A DNA stretch of 64,000 bases from Candidatus Latescibacterota bacterium (GCA_965226795.1 CBDDDZ010000003.1:320001-384000), one strand, 5' to 3'. Positions 38,731-49,014 are shown, numbered from the stretch's first letter. A program made the numbers and translations. The notes: generated by a model not told the origin, from the letters alone.

Positions 38731-39411
38731 TCACTCCTCGATCACATAATCGAACAAAAGCACGCAGGCCGCCACGAACAGCAGCGCGAATGCACCGCCG
38801 ATGTTGATCCAGGCGGATATATCGGAGAGAGAATCACCCGCCAGCACCGCCCGGAACGACTCGACGGCCGCCAGAAGGGCCGGAACCAGCACCGGAAGGG
38901 TAAGCATTGGCAACAGGGCCTCCTGGAGCCGGGTCTTGAGCGACATCGCGGCGAAGAGAGTGCCGACGGCCGCGAATCCGAGGGTACCCAGCAGAAGCCC
39001 GGGAAGCAGGCGGGGCAGGTGTTGCCAGACGGCGATATTCAGAAAGACAACCATAAGCGGGAGAATCAGGGCTTCCACCAACAGCATGGCGCAGAGGTTC
39101 GCCAGCATTTTACCCAGGTAGATGGCGCCACTGTCGGCGGGTGAAAGCAGGAGGCCCGTCAGGCAGTCGTTGTCGCGTTCCGAGACGAAGGAGCGCGTCA
39201 GGCCCATGAAACCGGAGAACGTAACGGCGATCCAGAAGACGCCAGGCGCCGCGTTTCTAATGGTTTCCGAGCCGGGTGTGAATGCAAAATTAAAGACGAG
39301 GAGCACCAGAAACGCGAAAAAGCACATTGCGCTCAGCCGTTCTTTGGTGCGTACCTCGGTCTTGAAATCTTTCCAGAAAACAGCGGAAACCTGTTGGAAG
39401 AAGAGGACCAA
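38731..39411 (-). CDS. ccmB: Heme exporter protein CcmB
   Basis: KDFKTEVR, SFVSERDNDCL.GL, LLPMLTLPVLVP; lies between ccmA and ccmC. Confidence 0.93.
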   Translation of the reverse strand: MVLFFQQVSAVFWKDFKTEVRTKERLSAMCFFAFLVLLVFNFAFTPGSETIRNAAPGVFWIAVTFSGFMGLTRSFVSERDNDCLTGLLLSPADSGAIYLGKMLANLCAMLLVEALILPLMVVFLNIAVWQHLPRLLPGLLLGTLGFAAVGTLFAAMSLKTRLQEALLPMLTLPVLVPALLAAVESFRAVLAGDSLSDISAWINIGGAFALLFVAACVLLFDYVIEE

Positions 39412-39471
39412 CGGCGCTCCCGTTCCCGCGTTGCACCGGACTTCAGAACTCGGCGGACACCTGTTCCGCCC

Positions 39472-40212
39472 TTATCCTGACGCCCGGATTGCGGGAGGAT
39501 ATTGGTTTATGGCATTCTCATAGCAACTTTCCATCGCCTCGATCGACAATCCCCCGGTTTCTCCCTTCGCGACAAACCGCCCCCGGTTCAGGATCGCGAA
39601 CCGATCCGTGAGAGCCAGACCCCGATGCAGATCGTGAGTAACCAGAATGACCGTACGACCGTCCCGGCGAAGCTGGCGCAACCGGTCGCTCAACATGGCG
39701 CATGCGGCGGCGTCCAGGCCCGCGAACGGCTCGTCGAGAAGAAGAACCGTGGGATGGTGGAGCGTGGCCCGGGCAATGGCGAGGCGTTGTTTCATGCCCC
39801 TGGAAAACCCGCGGACACGGTCGTGTTCCCTGCCGAAAAGACCGACGCCCTCCAGCGCCGTTCGCACACGTTCTTTCAGGTCGTGCAGACCGTAAAGGCG
39901 GCCATAGAAACGCAGGTTTTCACCTGCGGTCAGCTCTTCGTAGAGAAGGGTCTGGTGACAGATCAGCCCGATGTCCGCCCGCACGCGTTCCGGTTCCTTG
40001 CGGGCGTCCACGCCCCTGATAAAGATCCGCCCGTGCGTGGGTTTGGACAGGGTCGCAACAAGCCGCAGGAGAGTGGACTTGCCGGCCCCGTTCGGGCCGA
40101 GAAGAGCAAGGGCGCCACCTGGAACGATCAGGTCGATACCCTCCAGGGCGGCGAGGCGGCCGAACCGTTTTTCCACGTTTTCGAGAACGATGGCCGGAGC
40201 GGGCAAGGCCAC
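39472..40212 (-). CDS. ccmA: Heme exporter ATP-binding protein CcmA
   Basis: GPNGAGKST, FSRGMKQR, LLLDEPF; operon context. Confidence 0.9.
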   Translation of the reverse strand: MALPAPAIVLENVEKRFGRLAALEGIDLIVPGGALALLGPNGAGKSTLLRLVATLSKPTHGRIFIRGVDARKEPERVRADIGLICHQTLLYEELTAGENLRFYGRLYGLHDLKERVRTALEGVGLFGREHDRVRGFSRGMKQRLAIARATLHHPTVLLLDEPFAGLDAAACAMLSDRLRQLRRDGRTVILVTHDLHRGLALTDRFAILNRGRFVAKGETGGLSIEAMESCYENAINQYPPAIRASG

Positions 40213-40217
40213 AACGC

Positions 40218-41312
40218 CTACACCCCCTCATCCAGGACGCGGGTCATTTCAACAAGCTCCGCTTTAAAGGCATTTCGCCGGGCTCGGTAATCCTCTTCCG
40301 CAAGGCGGCCCTTCTCGTATCGGTCGTCCATGTCCGCAATCTGGTGGACCAGGGCGTTTCTTCGGTCCCGAAGGTCGGGCCGGCCTTCGGCTGTTTTCAC
40401 CGCCGGGGAACCGGTCTTTCCGACGGGCCGAAAGAAGATGGCCAGGAGAGCAAAACCGATCGCCAGGCCAAGCAGCACCCACTTCAGGTCGATGTCGCCA
40501 GGCAAAGCCGAAAGGGACCACGGCGACGCATTGAATTCCAGGTCGATCCGGTCCCCCCGGTTGAATGCGGCCCCCGAGAACCTGCGAAAGCTGTGCTGTT
40601 CGAACGTGACATCGCCCCTGTCCTGAAGCGCGCCCGCGGCGATGTCCGTACCCGGCGGGCTGACGAAGACATCCACAGTTCCGGTGGGATAGCTCACGGT
40701 TTGCGACAGACGCCCGGAGGCGGGCATGTCGAAGGCAAACAAAAGCTGGCTAAGGCCCGGACGGACGGGGTCCGGATTCACGAGGACGTCGCCGTGGGTG
40801 TGAAGACCCTGTGGGCCGCCCCTGACTTCCGTCACGCCGTCGGGAAGGAAAACCTCCAGGCCATGTCCATGCCCCTCGCCGGTCTTGAACGTGCGGTTGC
40901 CATGGTTCTGTACAATCAGGATCTGTTCGACCCGCTTTTCGGCCGCGTCGACGATGATGTGGTGTGAAACGACGGAGACGGCCGTGTCAGAGTCGGTGGT
41001 TTCGAAGACGGCGATTTCGTTGGGGCCGTCCACAACCCGCTGGACGTAATTGACGCCAGCATGGGACGCGGAAAGAAACCAGAGCGCGTCACCTCCGTCC
41101 GGGGCCTGGAACGAGAACCGCCCGTGCGCGTCGGTCGTATCTTGAAGGAAAACTTCGGATTCGGCGCCCTGGCGACTCAGCAACACCACGCAGTCCGGCT
41201 GGGGCTGAGATTGCGTTTCGTTGGTGATACGGCCAATGACGAGGCCGTGGGCGGGGGAAGCGTCCGAAAAGCCAACCAGCAGGAAAACGAGGCAGCAGAG
41301 ACGTTTGCTCAT
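40218..41312 (-). CDS. Uncharacterised ccm-operon protein (signal peptide, beta-sandwich domains, C-terminal TM plus helical tail)
   Basis: Translationally coupled to the upstream gene (ATGA overlap); TTDAHGRFSF carboxypeptidase-regulatory-like motif. Confidence 0.75.
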   Translation of the reverse strand: MSKRLCCLVFLLVGFSDASPAHGLVIGRITNETQSQPQPDCVVLLSRQGAESEVFLQDTTDAHGRFSFQAPDGGDALWFLSASHAGVNYVQRVVDGPNEIAVFETTDSDTAVSVVSHHIIVDAAEKRVEQILIVQNHGNRTFKTGEGHGHGLEVFLPDGVTEVRGGPQGLHTHGDVLVNPDPVRPGLSQLLFAFDMPASGRLSQTVSYPTGTVDVFVSPPGTDIAAGALQDRGDVTFEQHSFRRFSGAAFNRGDRIDLEFNASPWSLSALPGDIDLKWVLLGLAIGFALLAIFFRPVGKTGSPAVKTAEGRPDLRDRRNALVHQIADMDDRYEKGRLAEEDYRARRNAFKAELVEMTRVLDEGV

Positions 41313-41737
41313 GGAGTTGGTTCCGCGAGGGCTTTGCCGCATCGAGGACAAAAGCGGGCGCCCTCGGGCGTCGAACTGCCGCACCGGTCACAGGTGGCCG
41401 TGTCTCTTTCTCTGAGCGCGGCGATTTCCTGTTCGATGCGATCCTCGATTCCTACCGGGGGGCCGGCGGTTTCTTCGATCGCCCTCATCAGTTCCACGGC
41501 CCGGGTCTCGTAACGTAAGCGGGTGGCGCGGTAATCGTCCTCTTCGACCTTTCCCATGCGGTAGTCGAAGTCCAGTTCGCGGATGGCGTCATATAAGGCT
41601 TCCCTGTCCTCAAGGAGCTGGTTTCCACGACCGGATCCGGCATCCGTCTCTCCAATCCGACCTCGCGTCGTAATAAACGGGCGAAACAGAAAGATGAAGA
41701 CGACCGCGACAATAACGATGCAGACCGCGACGCTCAC
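41309..41737 (-). CDS. CcmI-N-terminus-like protein with C-terminal zinc ribbon
   Basis: N-terminal TM, IRELDFDYRMGKV..DDY, CDRCG...FCPRCG. Confidence 0.75.
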   Translation of the reverse strand: MSVAVCIVIVAVVFIFLFRPFITTRGRIGETDAGSGRGNQLLEDREALYDAIRELDFDYRMGKVEEDDYRATRLRYETRAVELMRAIEETAGPPVGIEDRIEQEIAALRERDTATCDRCGSSTPEGARFCPRCGKALAEPTP

Positions 41738-42255
41738 AGATCTCGCTCCCTGAGTTCCTGTTCCAGCCTCAATCTGTACGGGTCGTCCGGTTTTGTATCC
41801 GGGACCTGGCTGGCGGCGGGAGCGACACGTTTCCGCGACCAGTTGCGTAACACCACATACACCGCAATGGCGCCGAGCAGCAGGACCACAATGGGCATGA
41901 TCCAGGCGGTGAGGTTGAAGCCCTCGGCCGGGGGCGTCACATACGCTTCCTGTCCGAATTCCGCAACAAAGCCGGCGACGATGGTTTCCTTATCCTGTCC
42001 CGCTTCCAGCGCTTCGGCAATGCGTGATCTTTTTCGATCCGCCCAACCGCAAGCGCACTCATCCAGTGGCCGGCGAGGACAGTCGCCGCAGAGACAGGCG
42101 AGGCCCTTTGCCACTTCTCTCACCTGTTCCTGCGTAACTTCGGCGGATACGGAGTACGCAAGCGAGAGAAGCAGAAGTGCCGGGACGATCATCCCCGCCC
42201 GGAAAACGACGCGCCGTGAAATGACCCTACCGGTTTTCTTCCGCTTTCCATTCAT
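41734..42255 (-). CDS. ccmH: Cytochrome c biogenesis protein CcmH-like (start uncertain)
   Basis: LACLCGDC...C, FVAEFG..AYVTPP..GFNLTAWIMP; follows ccmF. Confidence 0.8.
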   Translation of the reverse strand: MNGKRKKTGRVISRRVVFRAGMIVPALLLLSLAYSVSAEVTQEQVREVAKGLACLCGDCPRRPLDECACGWADRKRSRIAEALEAGQDKETIVAGFVAEFGQEAYVTPPAEGFNLTAWIMPIVVLLLGAIAVYVVLRNWSRKRVAPAASQVPDTKPDDPYRLRLEQELRERDL

Positions 42256-42290
42256 CGATGATACTCTTTTGTTTTTCAGGCCGTAGCCTT

Positions 42291-44273
42291 TCAGGACGCG
42301 GCAGGGAGCCCAACGGTCCGTCCGCGTCTGAGACGGTCCCGCCTGTCCGGCAGGATGGCAATCATCGTCCCGAAGGTGAGAACCCATGCGCCAATCCAGA
42401 CCCACATCACCAGGGGATTGACGTAAATTCTGAACAGGGCGGCACCGTCGGGATCCCGGCCCTCATATAGAACGTAGAGGTCTTCGCGCAGGCTGGAACG
42501 GATGGCGACTTCGGTCGTTCGCTGCCGGTCATTGCGTTTGTAGAAAACGTGCCGTTCGGGCCACATCGTACCCAGGCGTTCGTCTCCCTGGTACACGCCA
42601 AGCTGGGTCTGAATCACGATGGTGAGCGGATTCTGGCTCTCGGAATAGCCTTCGTAGACGAGGCGGTATTTCCCGATGGTCGCGGACTCGCCGTGCTTCA
42701 ATCCCGCCTCGATTTCCCGGTTGAAGGCATTGCCGGTGAACCCGAAGAAGAGGAGCACGACGCCGAAATGGACGATATAACCGCCGTAACGCCGGCGATT
42801 TCGGACGGTGAGGGACCAGAGCGCCTTGAGATACGGCTCATTTGAACTGCTTCCCCGCGCCTTCGCGCCCCTGTGAAACTCAGTGGCAATGGCTCCCGTC
42901 ACGAATCCGCACAGGGTGAAGGAGATCAACGCGTACAGTTCGCGCGCACCGAGGGCGAATGCGATAGCGCTACAGAAGAGACCGAAGATGCCCGGTCCGG
43001 AGAAATGTCTTTTCATACTGCGCGCCGACGTCTTGCGCCAGGCCAACAGCGGGCCAACACCCGTCATCAGGAGAAGCAGCAGACCGATGGGCGTCATGAC
43101 CGTGCTGAAAAAGGGCGGACCCACGGTGACCTTGGAGCCGGTGACGGCTTCGGAGAGCACCGGGAACATGACGCCCCAGAACACCGCGAATGCGGCTGTC
43201 AGGAAGAGAAGGTTGTTGAGCAGAAAGCCCCCTTCCCGGGAGACGGGAGATTCGTATTCGTTCCTGCTCTTGAGCAATGGCCTCCTCCACCACAGGATGC
43301 CGGCGGAAAAGACCACGATAGCCGCCAGAAAATAGAGGAACACGTTGCCGATCGGCGACTGGGCAAACGCGTGCACGGAGGAAACCAGGCCGCTGCGGGT
43401 CAGGAACGTGCCGTAGATACACAGCGTAAAGGTGAGAATGATGAGCGCCATGTTCCAGACTTTGAGCATCCCTTTCTTTTCCTGGATCATCACCGAGTGC
43501 AGAAAGGCGGTGCCCGTGAGCCAGGGAAGCAGGGCGGCGTTTTCAACGGGGTCCCAGCCCCAGTACCCACCCCATCCCAGAACCACGTAAGCCCAGTTGC
43601 CGCCCAGAAGCTGCCCGGTCCCCAGAAAAAACCAGGGCCAGATGGTCCAGCGCCGGGTGGTGCGGATCCACGCTTCGTCCACCTGCCGGCTCAAGAGCGC
43701 GGCCATCGCAAACGCATACGGTACGATGAAACCGACGTAACCGAGGTATAGCATGGGGGGGTGAATGGCCATGGCCGGATGGACCAGAAGCGGATTCATG
43801 CCCTGGCCGTCGGCAGCCGTGAAGCCGAGTTCGCGGAAAGGATTCTCGTAATATCCTATCAGGACGAGGAAAAAGACCTGGGTGAGCGACATAACGACTG
43901 TCGCATAGGAGGCGAGCGGCCCGCGGAACCTGCGGGTGGTGCGCGTGGCGAAGAAATTGAAACCAGCGAGAATGAAGGCCCAGAGCAGGAGAGAGCCCTC
44001 CATGCCAGACCATGCGGCGGTGAACTTATACGGCGTCGGCAGGTCGCGGCTGGAATGGCCGGCCACGTAGTGGAGATCGAATCGGTCGGTGAGGAAAAAG
44101 GACTCCAGCAGGCCGAAGGCCCCCAGAACCATCAGAAAAGTAGCAGCAACCGCGCGTTCCGTGCTGAGAGTGAGATTCAGCCTGCCGGTCCGGCCGGCCA
44201 GAACGCCGGACACCGCCGCGTAGAGGGAGGTGACAACCGAGAACCAGATGAGGAAATTGCCGAGTTCAGCCAT
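42291..44273 (-). CDS. ccmF: Cytochrome c heme lyase CcmF
   Basis: EGSLLLW, HPPMLYLGY, WAYVVLGWGGYWGWDPVENA, SVHAF. Confidence 0.97.
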   Translation of the reverse strand: MAELGNFLIWFSVVTSLYAAVSGVLAGRTGRLNLTLSTERAVAATFLMVLGAFGLLESFFLTDRFDLHYVAGHSSRDLPTPYKFTAAWSGMEGSLLLWAFILAGFNFFATRTTRRFRGPLASYATVVMSLTQVFFLVLIGYYENPFRELGFTAADGQGMNPLLVHPAMAIHPPMLYLGYVGFIVPYAFAMAALLSRQVDEAWIRTTRRWTIWPWFFLGTGQLLGGNWAYVVLGWGGYWGWDPVENAALLPWLTGTAFLHSVMIQEKKGMLKVWNMALIILTFTLCIYGTFLTRSGLVSSVHAFAQSPIGNVFLYFLAAIVVFSAGILWWRRPLLKSRNEYESPVSREGGFLLNNLLFLTAAFAVFWGVMFPVLSEAVTGSKVTVGPPFFSTVMTPIGLLLLLMTGVGPLLAWRKTSARSMKRHFSGPGIFGLFCSAIAFALGARELYALISFTLCGFVTGAIATEFHRGAKARGSSSNEPYLKALWSLTVRNRRRYGGYIVHFGVVLLFFGFTGNAFNREIEAGLKHGESATIGKYRLVYEGYSESQNPLTIVIQTQLGVYQGDERLGTMWPERHVFYKRNDRQRTTEVAIRSSLREDLYVLYEGRDPDGAALFRIYVNPLVMWVWIGAWVLTFGTMIAILPDRRDRLRRGRTVGLPAAS

Positions 44274-44320
44274 CGTTGGCGCCACGGGTCATGGGATGAC
44301 CCGGCTTTCCTGGCAGGATG

Positions 44321-44758
44321 TTACCTGCTATAGGATTTCTTGATGTCTTCGTAAGATTGGCCCTCGTATTTTGAGGGACATTTAGCCAACAGGGTTTCCG
44401 CGCGAAAGAGGCCGTTCGCGCCCACTTCGCCTTCCAGGACCACGTCGGCTTCGTCTCTGAAGGTGTCCGGAACAATGCCCGCATATACCACCGAACGTCT
44501 CGCGGAAAAGGCCGCTCCCTCCAGGGGCTCCCAGATCTGGAACTCGACGTTTCGGCCGGGACTTTTCCGGATCGTGCCCGGGGTGACTTTGCCGGCGAGT
44601 TTAATACGTTTGTTCACGAATTCAGTCTCACGGGCTTCCAGTTCCGAGACGGTAAGGTAATACATCGCCATCTTCTGGGAACTGGTTACAACCAGGAGAA
44701 CCAGGCATGCGACAATAACGGCGAATCCGGCGATGAACTTGACTTTTCGGACCTTCAT
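44321..44758 (-). CDS. ccmE: Heme chaperone CcmE, CxxxY variant
   Basis: YYLTVSE, YAGIVPDTFR, LLAKCPSKY. Confidence 0.93.
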   Translation of the reverse strand: MKVRKVKFIAGFAVIVACLVLLVVTSSQKMAMYYLTVSELEARETEFVNKRIKLAGKVTPGTIRKSPGRNVEFQIWEPLEGAAFSARRSVVYAGIVPDTFRDEADVVLEGEVGANGLFRAETLLAKCPSKYEGQSYEDIKKSYSR

Positions 44759-45482
44759 GATCGGAGTTCCAGGAAAGAATTCAGCTTCAGAAAACCTTCA
44801 GGTGCCGCTGCCTGCGCAAGCATCCGGCCCCCGGTTCGATTCCGTTTCGAGAAGCCTGGACTTGTTGTCGGGACGAACGAAATATATAAAAGATCGGCAC
44901 ATTATCCACACAAAAAAGGAGTTTACGTAGAACGCCGGCGATCCGGATCCCGAGCCCGAACGACTCCGGGTCCATCCCTGTATCAGAGTCTTACAGTGTG
45001 ACTTCTACGCAAAATGGGTACACGTTTGTTACATGTTACTTGTTTAGGGATTCGTGTTGATAATAAAGGGCCAAGGGTAGGGCGTGGCGTTTACGGCCTG
45101 TCTGCCGGCCTGGCAGGCCGCGCCGGGGATCGTTGAAGGGATCTCACATGCCTGATGATAAGCCCACCTGTCATTCTGAGCGCAGTCGACGAATCGCCCG
45201 TCCGTCCCGTTTTGCCTGCGGAAGTATCCTCGCGGAGCAATGTGGGACCGATGCTCCCGCCCATCCGTGCTCTCAGCCGAGCGATGTACATCTCATCTCT
45301 TCGTATCGCCATCATTCCCACCATGTCAATTACAGTCTCTTTATGCGGTTTAATCATAGTTAATCACAGTCAAAATGACTTGACAGTGTTCGTTCCGGAA
45401 CCATATTCAGGATCGCCGGCGGTACCGCCGGGAGATTGCCTGGAGTTTTATCATTCCGTTCCACTGGATGAGGGAGGACGAC

Positions 45483-46301
45483 ATGACCGTTCTGGACGCC
45501 GAGGCGTTGGATTTCTGGGAGGAGAACGGATACGTTGTGGTGCCCGAGGCTGTCCCGCCGGAAAACTGCCGAGAGGCCGAGAAGGCCGTGTGGAGGTTTC
45601 TGGGCATGGACTCCGGAGATGCGGATACCTGGTACCCGGATCCGCCGAGGCCCGGAATCATGGTCGAAATGTACCAGCACCAGGCGCTGTGGGACAACCG
45701 GCAGCACCCCAGGGTGCATCGTGCGTTTGCAGAAATATGGGGGAAGGAAAAACTCTGGGTGAGTTTCGACAGGACGAGTCTGAATCCGCCGGAACGACCG
45801 GGTTTTGCGTTCAAGGGACCCTATCTGCACTGGGATATCTCGCTCGAAGATCCGTCGCGTTTCATGGTACAGGGCGTGCTGTATCTGTCCGATACAGCGG
45901 CGAATCAGGGTGCGTTCACTTGCATACCCGGCTTTCATCGGCGAATTGCGGACTGGCTCGAGACGCTATCGGAGGAGGAGAACGCCCGGAGCCGGATGCA
46001 GGCGGAATTCGGACATCAGGCAAAGCCGATCGCCGGCAAGGAGGGTGATCTCGTAATCTGGAACAGTCTGTTGCCCCATGGAAGCAGTCCGAACTCGGCC
46101 GACCAGCCCCGCATTGCGCAATACATCACGATGACTCCGGCGAAGGAGGAGGACGAATCCCATCGGGAAGGCCGCATCGAGGGCTGGCGTGACCGCCTGA
46201 CGGGGCTGGGAAAGAACCAGAAGGAAAAGGAGCACTTCGAAGGCGAAACGGCGCAGTTGACGGCGCTCGGGCGAAAGCTCCTGGGCCTGGATCGCTGGTA
46301 G
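45483..46301 (+). CDS. Phytanoyl-CoA dioxygenase (PhyH) family protein
   Basis: LHWD, QGVLYL.DT, GAFTCIPGFH, LPHGSSPN...PR.AQY; GGAGGA RBS. Confidence 0.9.
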   Translation: MTVLDAEALDFWEENGYVVVPEAVPPENCREAEKAVWRFLGMDSGDADTWYPDPPRPGIMVEMYQHQALWDNRQHPRVHRAFAEIWGKEKLWVSFDRTSLNPPERPGFAFKGPYLHWDISLEDPSRFMVQGVLYLSDTAANQGAFTCIPGFHRRIADWLETLSEEENARSRMQAEFGHQAKPIAGKEGDLVIWNSLLPHGSSPNSADQPRIAQYITMTPAKEEDESHREGRIEGWRDRLTGLGKNQKEKEHFEGETAQLTALGRKLLGLDRW

Positions 46302-46383
46302 CGCGACGCAATTGCCGGCAGCGGCTGAAACTGAAAGGCTCAGCACTGTTGCCGAATGCCGTTCTTCGGGACTGAGACGACCT

Positions 46384-46575
46384 ATGCAGATTCGCCACGA
46401 TCATCGCGAGTTTATCCTGGATGCCAGATATGACGGCGACTTCTGGATCGTCGAGGTAATTGAGATTGTGGATGGACAGCGGCGTCTGCGGTTTGAGTAC
46501 AAATTAAACACGCCGGCGGATGAATCAGCGGCCTGTAATCGGGCCTGGGTACTCTTTTCCGCGCGGAATATCTAA
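46384..46575 (+). CDS. Small hypothetical protein (63 aa)
   Basis: MQIRHDHREFILDARYDGDFWIVEVIE...; protein-like composition; fills the gap before the terminator. Confidence 0.55.
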   Translation: MQIRHDHREFILDARYDGDFWIVEVIEIVDGQRRLRFEYKLNTPADESAACNRAWVLFSARNI

Positions 46576-46620
46576 GGATCGATAAACGATGGCGTAAGAG
46601 CCACCCGATAACCATGCGCA

Positions 46621-46670
46621 AACAAAACAGCGGAGGCCATCCCGTGGGAATCGCCTCCGCTGTTCTTTTG
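46621..46670. terminator. Bidirectional Rho-independent terminator
   Basis: Stem AACAGCGGAGGC/GCCTCCGCTGTT flanked by A- and T-runs, between convergent genes. Confidence 0.85.
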
Positions 46671-46680
46671 CGATTGTGGA

Positions 46681-48612
46681 TTATTTCTTTTTGTCGTCAT
46701 CCACGACTTCGTACTCCGCGTCGACCACGCCGTCGTCTTTCTTCTCCTCGCCCGCGGCCTGCCCCGGGTCGCCCGGAGCTCCGCCGGCCCCGGGATCCGC
46801 CTGCGAGGCCTGCGAGGCCTGCGCGTAGAGCTCGCTGGCCACCTGGTGCCACTCCTGGGTGAGCGCTTCGGTGGCGGATTTGATTTCGTCCACGTTCTCG
46901 CCCTTGAGCGTTTCCTTCACCCGGTCCACCGCGGCCTGTACCTTTGCCTTGGCGTCTTCGCTGATTTTGTCGTCCATTTCGCCGAGTTGTTTTTCGGTCT
47001 GGTAAACCTGCTGATCCGCCTGGTTGCGAACTTCGATGCCCTCGCGCCGCATCTTGTCTTCGGCGGCGTTTTCCTTGGCGTCGCCGACCATCCGGTCGAT
47101 TTCCGCGTCGGACAGACCAGAGGAGGCTTCGATGCGAATGCTTTGTTCCTTGTTCGTGCCCATGTCTTTGGCGGAAACGTTCATTATCCCGTTGGCATCA
47201 ATGTCGAAGCCGACTTCGATCTGTGGGGTGCCGCGGTGCGCGGGCGGAATGCCGTCCAGGTGGAATCGGCCGATGGTACGGTTGTCAACCGCCATCTCCC
47301 GTTCGCCCTGAAGCACGTGCACCTCCACCGAAGGCTGGCTGTCGGCCGCCGTTGTGAATACCTGCGATTTCTTCGTGGGAATGGTGGTGTTACGATCGAT
47401 GAGCTTTGTCATCACACCGCCCAGGGTTTCAATACCGAGAGACAGGGGGGTCACATCGAGCAGCACCACGTCTTTGACCTCGCCCGAAAGAACACCGGCC
47501 TGTATGGCGGCGCCCACCGCCACCACTTCGTCGGGGTTTACCCCCCGGTTCGGCTCTCTGCCGAAGAGTTCCTTGACCGCCTCCTGAACTTTGGGAATGC
47601 GGGTGCTGCCCCCAACCAGAATGACCTCGTTGATCTCCGACGGGGAAAGACGCGCGTCTTTGATCGCCTGGATACAGGGCCTCCTGGTCCGTTCGACCAG
47701 GTCTTCCACGAGTTGCTCGAACTTGGCACGCGACAGCGTCAGGTTCATATGCTTGGGACCTGACGCATCGGCCGTTACAAAGGGCAGATTGACATCCGTC
47801 TGCATGGAACTCGAAAGTTCGCATTTGGCTTTTTCGGCTGCTTCCTTCAGGCGCTGAAGGGCCATCGGGTCGTTGCGCAGGTCGATGCCGTTCTCCCGCT
47901 GGAACTCTTCCGCGAACCAGTCGATGATGCGCTGATCGAAGTCATCGCCGCCCAGGTGGGTATCTCCGTTGGTGGATTTGACCTCGAAAACGCCGTCGCC
48001 CAATTCCAGAATGGAAATGTCGAACGTGCCGCCGCCCAGATCGTAGACGGCGATGATCTCGTCGGTCTTCTTATCCAGGCCGTAGGCCAATGACGCGGCC
48101 GTGGGTTCGTTGACGATGCGCCTCACTTCCAGACCGGCAATTTTCCCCGCGTCCGTGGTGGCTTTGCGCTGGGCGTCGTTAAAGTAAGCCGGGACCGTAA
48201 TCACCGCGTCCGTAACGGTCTCGCCGAGGTATTCTTCGGCCGTCTGTTTCATTTTCTGGAGGACCATGGCCGAGATCTCGGGAGGCGTATACGTCTTGTC
48301 GCCCAGTTTTGCGGTAGCCAGGCCATTGTTCTCTCTTTCGACTTCGTAGGGCACTTCTTTAATTTCATTGGGCACTTCCTCGTAGCGCCTGCCCATGAAG
48401 CGTTTGATGGAATAGACGGTGTTGTGCGGGTTCGTCACGGCCTGTCGTTTCGCCACCTGACCGACGAGACGTTCGTCATTTTTGGTGAAAGCGACCACCG
48501 AAGGCGTCGTACGCCCGCCCTCGGCATTGGGAATCACGACGGGATCGCCCCCCTCCATAACGGCCACACAGGAGTTGGTCGTTCCCAGGTCGATTCCGAT
48601 AACTTTGCCCAT
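46681..48612 (-). CDS. dnaK: Chaperone DnaK
   Basis: [33 protein letters not shown]-terminal DAEYEVVDD. Confidence 0.99.
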   Translation of the reverse strand: MGKVIGIDLGTTNSCVAVMEGGDPVVIPNAEGGRTTPSVVAFTKNDERLVGQVAKRQAVTNPHNTVYSIKRFMGRRYEEVPNEIKEVPYEVERENNGLATAKLGDKTYTPPEISAMVLQKMKQTAEEYLGETVTDAVITVPAYFNDAQRKATTDAGKIAGLEVRRIVNEPTAASLAYGLDKKTDEIIAVYDLGGGTFDISILELGDGVFEVKSTNGDTHLGGDDFDQRIIDWFAEEFQRENGIDLRNDPMALQRLKEAAEKAKCELSSSMQTDVNLPFVTADASGPKHMNLTLSRAKFEQLVEDLVERTRRPCIQAIKDARLSPSEINEVILVGGSTRIPKVQEAVKELFGREPNRGVNPDEVVAVGAAIQAGVLSGEVKDVVLLDVTPLSLGIETLGGVMTKLIDRNTTIPTKKSQVFTTAADSQPSVEVHVLQGEREMAVDNRTIGRFHLDGIPPAHRGTPQIEVGFDIDANGIMNVSAKDMGTNKEQSIRIEASSGLSDAEIDRMVGDAKENAAEDKMRREGIEVRNQADQQVYQTEKQLGEMDDKISEDAKAKVQAAVDRVKETLKGENVDEIKSATEALTQEWHQVASELYAQASQASQADPGAGGAPGDPGQAAGEEKKDDGVVDAEYEVVDDDKKK

Positions 48613-48646
48613 TGGTTGAATTCCTTTCTATAGAATCCGACGTGTT

Positions 48647-48940
48647 TTATGCCGCTTTTTCCTTGTTCTTGGACTTGGCACCGCTGCCGCTCTTGTCTTT
48701 TGAATCCTTTTTCTTGTCTTTCGGGGCGTCTTTTTTTGCGGCCTCTTTATATCCGTCGCTCCGGTAGTCGGTAATGTAGAAACCCGATCCTTTGAAGAGG
48801 AGCCCTGCGCCGGCGCCGATGAGCCGCTTCAGCTTTAGTTCGCCGCATTCCGGACATTTGCGCAGTGAAGACGACGTAATGCTCTGAAAATGCTCGAATT
48901 CATGGCTGCACGCTTCACAAGCATAGTCATATGTGGGCAT
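48647..48940 (-). CDS. FmdB family zinc-ribbon regulatory protein
   Basis: MPTYDYACEAC...CPECG...FKGSGFYITDY. Confidence 0.93.
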   Translation of the reverse strand: MPTYDYACEACSHEFEHFQSITSSSLRKCPECGELKLKRLIGAGAGLLFKGSGFYITDYRSDGYKEAAKKDAPKDKKKDSKDKSGSGAKSKNKEKAA

Positions 48941-48997
48941 AAACGGCTTCCTTTTCTTTGAACTACGGATTGATGAAATAACCGATGATGCATTTAA

Positions 48998-49014
48998 AGC
49001 AACATGGGTACCAA
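48998..49014 (-). promoter_or_regulatory. Sigma54 (-24/-12) promoter for fmdB-dnaK
   Basis: Minus strand reads TTGGTACCCATGTTGCT, i.e. GG-N10-GC, close to the TGGCACN5TTGCW consensus. Confidence 0.7.

Noticed and set aside
44787..44975. Small ORF or second CcmD-like peptide upstream of ccmE
   Set aside because: The hydrophobic reading (FYVNSFFVWIM...) lacks a suitable start and overlaps promoter-like AT-rich DNA; a convincing ccmD already exists at 37818-37988.
44760..45480. Replication origin in the AT-rich gap containing a DnaA box
   Set aside because: Only one perfect box, no cluster or DUE-like repeats, and no dnaA/dnaN/gidA neighbours.
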